Assembly: GCA_951406725.2 (NCBI GenBank)
Contig: OX597820.1
Span: 71,548,001-71,612,000, forward strand
From: Octopus vulgaris
Taxonomy: Eukaryota
Direction of reading: 5' to 3'
DNA: 64,000 nt
The stretch's first letter is position 1, and each line of letters opens with the position of its first letter. Positions 53,280-64,000 of the stretch are shown here, piece by piece. Made by a program: the position numbers and the translations under genes. The notes beneath the pieces are model-generated. The model saw nothing but the letters and a program-made list of their open reading frames with translations, did no database searches and was not told the origin of the DNA.

Positions 53280-53900
53280 CCATTTGAGTGAAGAATCATG
53301 ACTGCTGAATATATCTGGGTTTAGGTGGTTTCTTTGGAATTTTTTGGAGGTATTCATTCAGGAATAGTCTGAATGTTATGAGATCTTTTTCTTTTCTTTT
53401 GCATCTTGGCATGATGTTAAAGAGAGTAGGATCATTGAGGTCAAATAGTTCTGTTTCAGTGTTGTGATGGGAAATGAGCATGATTTTTGTAGAGGACTGA
53501 TGGCTTGGAGAGTTTTGAAGTTGATGCCAACATCAATTGAGCAATGCTGGAATATTTCCAACGTGATACAAATGATATAATGCTCATTGTGGTGTTGGAG
53601 GGAATCAGGTTTGAGCTTCTTGAGCTAATCCCTGTGATCAAGACCTGTCCTGTCTATTGATCTCTGAGGTGCTTCAATTTTTATGATATTGTTTTGTTGT
53701 AGGGAGACCACAGCATATGACAATATTGAAGTAGGGATAGATGAAAGTAGAGCAGAAAAGGATAACGACAGGAGTGTCTCTAAACTTGGAAGTGCTGAGG
53801 ATCAGGAGTACACCCTGCAGGCTATGTCAGCTTTGCTGCTTGTGTGGAAACTCCAGCTTAGGTTGATGTTGACAGGTACTTCAAGATCCCTACAATATAT
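53280..53900 (-). mobile_element. CR1/L2-group LINE 3' ORF2 remnant
   Basis: RDLEV.VNINLSW..H, WSPY..KIEAPQRS, LKKLK..SLQ, PTLFNIMP..FLNEYLQKIP..P..PRY. Confidence 0.7.
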
Positions 53901-55959
53901 GATGCCATAAGGGTTCCTCTGCAAAGACAGGTAATATAAATCATAGTAGAAGTGCAATACTACCTTGGGTTTTGAATGCATGACCATTTGCAGTAATATG
54001 AGAGAAAAATAAGTTCAGTATGATCTATAGAATGGGAAATGCCAACCTGCATGAATACCAAAGCACAAAGGAATTCCCAACAGTTAAAGCCAGGAAAGGT
54101 GACTGTGCTATTATAGATATGTTATACAAATGGGTAACATCTGCTGAGTGAAAATGTGTTGCATATTGCAAGAAAAAGATATTTATAGTGAGAGAAAATA
54201 TGGTAAGACATGGTGAAGTTTGATCCCACAATGTTGAATTTCTCAGTCAAAGAAAATACAATGGTGAAAAGAAGACAAATCTGCTGTATAACAAAAGTTA
54301 ATACAAGTGTTATGTTGGTGCAAGAATTTTGTCTTGGAGACAGATGAAAAATGTTTCAAGAGCTTACTGATCAGCAACATAACCTTTAAATCAAAATCAA
54401 AACTTTCAAGCTGAAGGTTTTTTTAATACTTGTAAGTATACAGAAAGAAAGTAAAAGACAGAAAAATCAAGTTTTATAAATGAAATTATCTTTGAATATT
54501 TTGATTAATACATGTAAAAATTCAAATCTATATTAAATAGTAACTCCTGTAAAAGATTGCATTAAATTATACCAATCATTAGTTGAATTTAATTACTTTA
54601 ATCTGGAAGAAATAGTTAATTTTATAAAGACTCCTTTTGAACAGTTTCAACTCGGTTCCTTTATGTTATCAAAGTTTCTTGAAAATATTTCTATCAATAT
54701 GCATAAAATTTATATTAAAATCAAATTTTTAATTATTATATATCAGGTATTTGGCTTCTACAATGAAAACATTAAAATAACTGGGTTAAACATTAACCTT
54801 TTTGGTTAGTTTTATAAAAGACTGGTTTATTTGAAATAAAAATACTAATTCAAATCAGAATAGAATCCTCTTTCACATTCATCTTTTAAGTATAATTTTA
54901 TTTGGCTTCATTTTCACTCCATTTTTAATTTTAGCATATATTTATTTTTTTTCATTGAAAATTTCTTTTGATTCCTACTCTGAAGGAAATTGATTTCTTG
55001 AAATATTATCTTCCTTAGCATATTGATCTTAAATTTCTGTAAAGCTATACACTATAGACATTTTCAAGAAGATAATGCCATACTTGAGAATTTGTGAAAG
55101 TAAATAAATCCCTTGCCAAACAAGTATAACAAAAGGGGAAAAATTCACCATAATTTAATCTATCACAAACCCCTAATCTGTTGAATACAGTTTTCTCAAC
55201 AAGAGAAAAGATGGGAAGAGTTATAATCCTTTTTAAATTACTTTTTCTGAAAACGAATGAATAACATTACCTTTAATTAAAAAAAGGAAAAATATATCAT
55301 ACATTAAATATTAACCAGTAAAGAGTTTAGATATAATTCAGTTTTCATTTATTAAATTAACTCATATACTTATATTGAATCCATGCATTTATTTATTATT
55401 AACTGAGTTATGCTCTATTTATTTGTTAAATAGTTGATCTTTTCATTCAAACAGGTTATATGAAAACTTCTGTGGTATTTTGATATAAACAATATAACTG
55501 AAATTTAATTTCTAATGCTGTTAGGAATTAAATAATTAGTTAATAATTTGATTGAAAACTTATTAAAATGTGCTATGAAGAAATTATAAAAATAAATCAA
55601 GTTTTTCTAAGTTGCCCTCTTTTAATTCATATTGGTCAAAAATTCACATTGATCTTTTCCTAACAACAAAATCTGTTCTAACAAAAATCAATGCTTTTAT
55701 GAATTAATTAATTTATTCATAACTTAATAAATCTGAGATAACATACAAACTGTTCTATCTCTACTCTTAGGCATCTCTACTGGTCTATTTTTTTTTTTTT
55801 TTTTGAGGATATATTATTGCTAGAGTAGTCTGATAGTTTTCTGCACTCTGAAGCTGCTTGTATTATTAGATGATTAGTATCAGTGTAAAATTCTTTCACA
55901 GCTTTTGTCTGTAGATTTTCTATGAAATTGTGATTAATTCACAAATTTTCTCTTTATTT

Positions 55960-56215
55960 AGTCCAAGGATGAAGGACAGAGCTGTAAGCCTATTGCAGTA
56001 TGGATTCTTCAAGTTTAGGCAGCTAGCAGGAGACCTAGCAGTAGGCCAAGAATGAAATGGTTGGATAATATCTATAGCCTTAGTTGGTCATATTGAGAGA
56101 TCCAACCAGAAAAAAAAATCTAATGATGGTTAATTCTGATAGGATCCTATGGAGGAGATACCTTAGAATGCTTCTCCTGTGAGCTGTCCAGGGACAGTGG
56201 GTAGACAAGATAGAT
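55960..56215 (+). mobile_element. Old RTE-like C-terminal fragment from a different family
   Basis: RRPSSRPRMKWLDNI..DRILWR. Confidence 0.45.
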
Positions 56216-58273
56216 GGACTTACTGCTGTTTGAGAGGAAAACATAAGAAAAACAGGTGGTTTCAAAGTTGGTAGTTATGATACTTGAGAATGCTTATGGT
56301 TTCATTGAGAGTGGCTGCAGAGGTAATAGTAGTAGTGATAGAAAAGACAGAATATAAAGGAGAACAACTCAGAAATGGGGGAAAATAATTTATGACCATG
56401 AGAAAGTGAAATTTTCTCTGTTAGGTAAGTAGAAGTCGTCTAGGTGTGAATTTTCACAGTAGGTGTAACATCCTCGGTGAGGGAACAGTATTCTAACATA
56501 AATTTAACTTCCACTTTGTATAAAGATTTATATTGAAGTATTTTCTGCATTTAGAAAGGAATCAGCTTTTATTATGTGATCTTGGCTGTGTGCTTTGTGT
56601 AGTTATGTGAAGCCATATAAGATGTAGATACTAACATTTTTAGGGGGCATATTAGTATTGTTTATGAGTAGGGAGGGCATAGTTTCACAGGTTTCCATGA
56701 GACATATGTCCATATTTGGAATGAGATTGGGTTGCCATGGTCCTATTTCAGAATTAAAAAAAAGTCTCTGCTCATGAAGGACATTCAGTTTTCTGAACAA
56801 TTTAATAGCATCACTGAAAGGTCAAAGAAAGCCTGTTATATATCAAACCTACATTTGACATACATAAAATTTCTTTACAAAATGTTCAGCTTTCCTTAAA
56901 TACTGCCTTGCTATTGGTTTAATTAATATCAGTGTCTTGTCTCATATTTTTCATACTTTGTTTTGGTATGTCCGTTTATATAAAGATTGTGATTATATTA
57001 TATAATATGTTGAATTCTCTGAATATTGATTGAGTATTTAAAAATCATATATCATAAATACTTCATTAAGGTCATTTAGATACATTGCTAGCTTATAATT
57101 CATCAATTTTAATAACCCACTATTTTCTTTATAACAGTAATGATGTTATGATTGGAAGAGTACATTTTTCTCTAAACGAAATGTACTTTGATACCAAAAA
57201 TGTCTTTCGACAGCCTTGAGAATTCAGAGCTAAATTACCAAATATTGTTACATGCATTTTAAGCTATACCAAAAATAGCCATATAGTAGGAAGAAAACTC
57301 AATAAAACAGTGTTGGTGGCAGTGTGAGTTATAATATGCAAAGAGAGTGAATCAAACATTGACGACGTTATGCATCATATGCACCAAAAGAAAAGTTGTC
57401 CACTAGCTTATATTCTTTAATATATTCCAATCACCAGTCCATCATTGAGTTATTTTCTTTCTGTATCAATTCTATCAATAATTTATCTCATCCACCACTC
57501 TTGTTTCTATGAACTTGCTGACTTTATACTACTGTACCTAAACCCATTTAATGAATCTATCTCTCTTCATACTGTTCACTCAATATGATTCACCTATAAC
57601 ATGCTATTCTAAATACTTTGCCAGTCTTTCATCCTAGATTGACACTTGCTTAGAATTCTCTTTCCTCTCACAATTTCCATTCTACTACTAACCTGAAAAT
57701 AGAATATTAATGGCAATAACCTTACTGATTTACCTCTATTCAGTGTAATGAGTGAGTCTTTGTATGGCCATTCGTCTTGCTAGAAATAGTAGGGAAACCT
57801 CTCTAAGCTCAAGCACAGTTGTGTAGTTAGTTAGGAAGTTTGCTTCTCAACAATTTTGTGAGTTTGATCCCACTTAGGTATGTTTCTTCTATCATAGCTT
57901 GAGGTTAACCTGTGCTTTGTGAGCAGAATTTAGGCACTGAAAAGTATTGGAAATTATGCTGAGTCTTGTGTGTGTGTGTGTGGGGGGGGGGGGGGGTTTA
58001 GTGATAGATGTAATCGTTGATAAAAAAATGCTAAACTGGTGCTTTACAATGAAAATCCTTTTGTGATATTTATTCTAAGCAACTTCTGCAATCTCTTGTC
58101 CTTCTTACCATGTAAAACAAGGATTCAATGGCTGGTCCTTTAGAAACCTGTCACCAACACTACTTTTCTCAAAATGCATGATATAAAATAAAGTACACTG
58201 ACTTAAAATTGGAAGAACACTTTGGACAATGTAGTCACACACACACACACACACACTTGTGTGTGTGTATGGA

Positions 58274-59133
58274 CAGGGTGTTTGGGGTAATTTTGATAGT
58301 TTGCATAAAAGGAAAAGAAAGCACAATACCTGATCCAAAAATAAAAGTATTTTATAAACTCAAAAATTCCAACTAGGTTATGGATGGGGGATAACAGTTT
58401 ACACAAAGTACATGCCTTCAGCTTTCACCACAGCTTCAAGATGACTCTGGGACCTGGCCTGTGGATTCTTCGCCGTTTCTCTGGGGAGATCTTCAAACAC
58501 TCCCTTGATCTTTGCTATCAGCTTGGTCTTGATGTTGAAAACAGCAGTTAGGTGTTTTTCTCAACTATGCCCCGTACATAATAATCTATGAGATTACAAA
58601 TAGGGAAACTAGGTGGCCAGAAATTCTATGACAACCACTTCAAACTCTTTCCAGTAGTACAGCAAGGAGCCAAATCCTGCTGCCAATCATATAGCCTTCC
58701 AGCAGTAACCCTCTCTAGTCAGGATTTGACTACAGTTTACAGCAGCTTCACATAGCCATATGAATTGAGCATAAGGCCCTGTTCAAAGATGTAAGGATGA
58801 ATTCCAATGTGCACGCACTGTCAGAATACCTGCTGTGTTCCTTATTGATGGTCACAACTTTGTAGTCTCTGTTGCAGCAGTCCATGATATATCTTACAGC
58901 TATTACAGTATCCATAGAGCATTGGGCAATAGTCATGATGTTGGTATTTTGATACCCAGCACTAATCTTGATACAAGTAACACTTTTCCAGTATTCAGAT
59001 GTCTTCCAGTCCTCCATGTCAGCTTCTTCTCAACTACAACTTTAATCTTTATGCTCTCCTAATGTTACCAATACATGAAGCTGTTCCTGGAAAATGCAGG
59101 CAAAAAATTTTCAAATTTAGTTTGAACACTCTG
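58274..59133 (-). mobile_element. Internally deleted Tc1/mariner (maT/DD37D-like) transposon
   Basis: Minus-strand WQQDLAPC and FWPPSFPICNLIDY (WPPSSPDCNPLDY-like); degenerate TIRs cagggtgtt / aacactctg. Confidence 0.7.
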
Positions 59134-59146
59134 TGTATGTGTATAT

Positions 59147-59590
59147 CACCATCGTCATCATCATAATCATCATCATTTAATGTCCCTCTTCCATGCATGC
59201 ATGGGTAGGATGGTTCGCAGGGGCTGGCCAGATAAAAAGTCTACCCTATGCTACTGTGTCTATTTTGGCAGGGTTTTTATTGCTGGGTGCTCTTCCTAAC
59301 ATCTGCAGTGAACTCCGGCTAGGTTAGTTTTGGCATGATTTTTACAGCTGGATACCCTTCCAAATGCCAACCACTTTACAATGTGGACTGGATGCATTGG
59401 CAGGGTCACCAAGTAACTCGCAAAACAAGGAATTATGAGAGGGACAGAGGCATTTGAGGAGAGGAACTTGCGTCAGGGGATGACAAAGAGACAGAGGTAG
59501 ATACAAGTGTCTTGCTATAATGGAGGGGGGTATTGGAGGAGGTGTTTCAATATCAGATGATGAAAGGTTAGAGTGTGACAGAGAAATGTA
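59147..59590 (-). mobile_element. Old RTE-tailed element with a duplicated tail segment and purine-skewed body
   Basis: (CAT)n tail; ttttggca..gctgg.t..cttcc.aa occurs twice (59262-59300 and 59327-59365). Confidence 0.65.
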
Positions 59591-60019
59591 TATATATATA
59601 TATAAATACTCACACACACAAAAGTGGGGATAGTTGTTGCTGGAATGCCTTTGGATCAGGGATGACATAGAGCTAAATAACAATAATCCTTATACATAAC
59701 CTTGTATTCTCATATTTGGTATACCAAAGCTATTGCTGTTGTATTCCTTTACATATAAATCAATTAAAAGAATTGTTTCAAATGTAATTTTAAAATGAAT
59801 AAAACCTTAAAGGACTATTTGATAAATTTTGAAGAAAATATTTTTACAATAAGCTCAGGTTAAATGTATTATTGATTGATTGATACTAAATTATGGAAAG
59901 GCATAATATTGTCATTACCAGAGTTTGTTTGGTATGAATTAAAGTTATAAGACTTAATTTTAATCCTTCATCCTTTTAAATCTAGAATATGCATCCAAAA
60001 AATTAAGAATTGTACATTG

Positions 60020-60297
60020 ATCATCATTGTTTAGTATCCGTTTTCTATGCTGGCATGTGTTTGACGGTTTGACTGGGAACTGGCAAGCCAGTAGGCTGCA
60101 CCAGGCTCCAATCTGATCTACTAAGGTTTCTACAGCTGGATGCCCTTCCTAAAGTCAGCCACTCTAAGTGTAGTAGGTGCTTTTTACATGCTACTGGCAT
60201 GGGAGCCAGTCAGGAAGCACTGGCATCAACCATTTCAGGTGGTGCTTTTTATTTGCCACCGGCACAGGAACCAGTCGGTGGGGGCGGGGGACTGGCA
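60020..60297 (-). mobile_element. RTE 3' end with two UTR modules
   Basis: ctgcaccaggctccaatctgatc..ctacagctggatgcccttcctaa..ggtgctttt twice. Confidence 0.85.
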
Positions 60298-61713
60298 TAA
60301 TAAATTTTTTAAATTATTCAATAAACCTTTACATTCCTTTATAGTTTCAGCTTTGATTACTATCTCGTTTATTGAACCAACAAAAATACTTTTATGTGGT
60401 TGCTTGTTCTGCTAGAAACAGATTGACTAATGTGGCTTCAAAGTACAGTGGTTGAAAATAAAATACAACATAGTAATGGCTGGAATGCCTCCATCATAGA
60501 TATATTGGATCAGAAATGACTAGAGGTTAAACATTATTAGCACCTAGATAACAAAGATTGTCAGTCTGATGATATATAAGCTATGACTTTCACTCACATT
60601 CAAGGATGACTCAAATGGTTTTAGGTTCTATTGTAGTTGTGACTAGACATAGGCCCAGTGACACATCAAGGCTGTGGCAGTTAGAGAAAGAGAGGTGCCA
60701 CATAAGCAATGGGCTGGTATTTTACTGACCTCTGAAAATATGAAATGCAATGTTGAGCACAGTGCAATTATAATTCAGAATGCAATGAGCTGAAGTAAAT
60801 ATCGTAATGCATTTTATTTGAAGCTCTCGTGTCTTTTTGTTAATTAACAATCTAGTGTTATTATGCTAATGAAATTGATTTATTATTTTTTCTATAAATA
60901 CATTTTTTACTGATTATATTCTTTAGAAAAGAAACTTGTTCATTTGATCTAATTTTGTGGTATTTATAATATATATGGCTAGGAAAAAAATTGATATATA
61001 AGTAATATTTGGAGAAACCCTAAGGGAAATAACAAATTCTGGTATCTCTACAATATAGAAATTGAGGGTAAACATCTGAATAGAATAATAATTTCTCTAA
61101 TATAAGTAAATTTTATCATTTCCTAAACTTCATAAACAGAGATTTAAAAATCAATATTCATTATAAGGAGTAAGCGGAATACAAACAGACTAAGAGTCTG
61201 AATTGGAGAAAAGATTCTTAATAGGTATTGGCAGATGGTTTCATTCTGAGAGTATAATTTACTGTGCATCTTTTCCCATAACTATCCCTCATTAGTACTA
61301 CTAAGTAAAGATTAGAAAGTTTTCTGAGTTAAAATTCAAAGTGGTTTGACCAATAGGAAGCAACCATACTGTTTGATATATATGTACTTGCTTTTGATAT
61401 ATTTTCTTTCGTACATCTTTCTGTCCATTTTCCCATGCTAGCATGAGTTAGGTGGATATGTTACTGTAGTGTTGTTTTGCAGCTGGATATCATCCCTATT
61501 GCTAAGCCAAGGCTATCTTTCACATAAAGGATCTCTTATTTCTTGTGGCTTCCAATGGGTGAAGCAAACACAAAAGTAAACAAATGCATTGACACACACT
61601 AACACAAATTGTGATCTGAGGGTAGCATGTCTTCCATATGAACTCTTTATAAAAATCTAACTCCTTACACTTAGTTTTGCAGTCTTTCTTAACTGAACTG
61701 AAACAATGATATA

Positions 61714-61929
61714 CAAGAGGGTGCTGAAAAGTTGCTGGCTTTAAGGGTATTGTAAAAGGCCTGGTTGGAGCCCAACTTTCCGAGTTCTTCTACCAGGCTT
61801 AGAAAAACTGAAGAACTGCTGCAACAAATGTGTGAATGTGAGAGGGGAATATGTTGAATAAAATCATAATTAACTGATCCTCCTGTATTTTCTTTTACTC
61901 AAAGCCTGAAACTTTTTAGCAACTCCTTG
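61714..61929 (+). mobile_element. Mariner-derived MITE
   Basis: TIRs caagagggtgctgaaaagtt / aactttttagcaactccttg with TA flanks; internal GLEKLKNCCNKCVNVRGEYVE* matches the mariner C-terminus. Confidence 0.85.
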
Positions 61930-62669
61930 TATTAGCTAAGAACAATTCCTCACAATAAATTTAATCAAACCAGTAATTGCAACATAATGGACACAAGCTT
62001 CTTTTATCAAACTGGGAAAATTGCCTCCATTATCCTTTTCTTTTCAACCTCCACCCATAAACATACTTTCTGCTTTTGCTCTGTCCTTCCTCCTACAAAT
62101 ACATACCTTCTCTTCCTTAAAACTCATGTACACCACACCTAGTTTCTATTTTTGAAATTGTATTCTCTTCATCATTCTCTGGGATTTGTAAACTAAGTTG
62201 CTTTTTTTTTAAATCATGACTAAACATGGGAATTTATAAACTGTATCCCCAAAACCTTCCCAAGTCACTTTCTTCTACTATCAGCTTGAGATATTTGTTA
62301 ACAAATCTTTTGTGGCAATGTTGATAAACAAGTTTACATTTGATAAGAAGATACTCCATATTAGAACAATCTATTTCTGTTACACAAGCAAAATACATTA
62401 ATTTAAGATTTCTAAAGTAAACTTAATGTGTTTAAGGAAAAGTATTTTATGTATTGTCATTTAAATAAGTATTGAATGTACCTTATGTTTTCATAACTCC
62501 TTACTTTATCCTCAATGTAATGTCTAATACTTTATTGTGTGTAAGTGTGAAGGAAAGCCTCTCTCTATGTCATAAAGAAGAGCCATAGTTGTTTCTAAAT
62601 TTCAGATTTGTTTATTATTTATTTATTGTCATCATTTTAAATGTCATGCCCATCTTAAAGTTCTGGAAC

Positions 62670-63005
62670 TTAGTGAAATCAGAGGTATTGCTTTCAGTCA
62701 TGTTTGTTTGTTTGTCTGTGGACAAGATATCTTAAGAACCAATTCTGGTGAAACTTTCAGGGATGTTTGGCCTTGTGACTGGCATGAACTGATTCAATTC
62801 TGGGATTGATCCAGTACCGGACAAGGGTTCTGGATTATTTTTCCTGATTTTTACTTAACTTTTGAGAGTGGTTGTTTTCATTTTTAGTATTCTTGTTTGT
62901 GAGAGCAGTCAAGTTTATTTCAGATATTCTCATTTTAAAAATCATCTCTGGCTGATTGTTGTGAGGATGTTGGTGTTGCCTTGGCTGAGGTTTGTGCTCT
63001 TGCTT
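62670..63005 (+). mobile_element. Possible DINE/HINE-like (Helentron-associated) non-autonomous element
   Basis: gaggtattgctttc..(TTTG)n tctgt..gaaactttcagg..gatcc..ccttggctgaggtttgtgctct follows the layout I recall for these elements. Confidence 0.45.
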
Positions 63006-64000
63006 AAGATTTTGCTTTGGTTGTGTTGTACTCTGGTCTAACCATAGCCTTGTGAAGGGATTTGGTTGAAGAAAGCTTGTTATATACACATACATGTACA
63101 CACACACACACACTCTCTCTCGCATTTACACTCACACACTCTCTCACATTTACATATACACACACACATGCATGTGTATGCTTGTGTGAGTGGGTCTGTA
63201 TGTCCCTGATCACATGTGTTTGTTCACTGGTTGTAAACATCAGCCTCACAATGGTGTGACTTGCTTGCAATCCAACATGAAAGCACATCTTGACCTCTTG
63301 GCATGTTGTATCCTCTATGGGATTGTGGGTGTGTAGAAGTTGAAATAAATTATGAGGGAAGTTAAAAATGGGGAAATTTGATGATTGAAGAACAAGGATT
63401 GAGTAGAGCTGATCATAAATATATTTTGGAGAGAAGATAGGGAATAGTAGGTAATGTCTGTAGTGATTAGGTAAGGTTGAGGAGTGGATGTATAGAATGA
63501 TAGACAAAGGTGGAGAAGTGATTAATGATACATATGAATTTGGAGGAAAGGCAAGGGAAAGAAGGTGATGACTGACAATAAAGGAGGAGTAAAAGACAGT
63601 AGAATAGTAATAATAAATTAGTAGATAGGGGAATGGATGAGAAAGAGTGAAGTGATGTGTGTGCGTGTGTGTGTGTGTGTATCTGTACAAGCATATATAT
63701 TTGTGTCTTCTCATTGTCTTCATACTGTTTGCATGTTGTGTATAAAATAAAGTCATTGTCTAGACAAATAGCATCATGATTTTTTAAAATTCAACCATGG
63801 AAACATATCTAGACATTGAGCCATTTGTTGCTTGAAAGAGTAGGGAAAACTTCAACTTACTTGCAGGTGAGGGTTGGCAACAAGAAGATTCAGCTGTATA
63901 AAAAGTTTTTGAAACCAAGTTTTGTCTGTCCTATGTCAGCGTGGAAAAGTGGATATTAAAACAATGGAAATGTTTATTGTGTGTGTGCGTGTGTGTGTGT

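Noticed and set aside
62835-63756. 250-aa and 96-aa minus-strand ORFs
   Set aside because: They span (CA)n repeats and a purine-skewed tract; compositionally biased, with no protein motifs.

Overview
Eukaryotic, AT-rich, repeat-dominated DNA. The repeat landscape (RTE LINEs with (GAT)n tails, MetaSINE-like SINEs, dense (TA)/(CA)/(ACAT) microsatellites) suggests a cephalopod such as Octopus; this is an inference. I find no supportable host gene exon or intact CDS. The recognisable coding segments are decayed transposons: many RTE copies (one near full length, APE+RT+PHD-like finger, 26737-30143), two R4/Dong-type RLE fragments, two Penelope fragments, a CR1/L2-like end, a FLYWCH-MULE, a pogo/Tigger transposase, Tc1/mariner remnants, MITEs and SINEs. 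The most unusual object is a 7.3-kb (TA)n-flanked insert (11528-18854) with an RTE 3' tail, a G-rich body and about 21.2 near-identical copies of a 317-bp unit. Also notable are variable-number ~60-bp hairpin arrays in RTE 3' UTRs, apparent (TA)n targeting by RTE, and a decayed minimal hammerhead ribozyme. Most boundaries are approximate and all alignments were made by eye.
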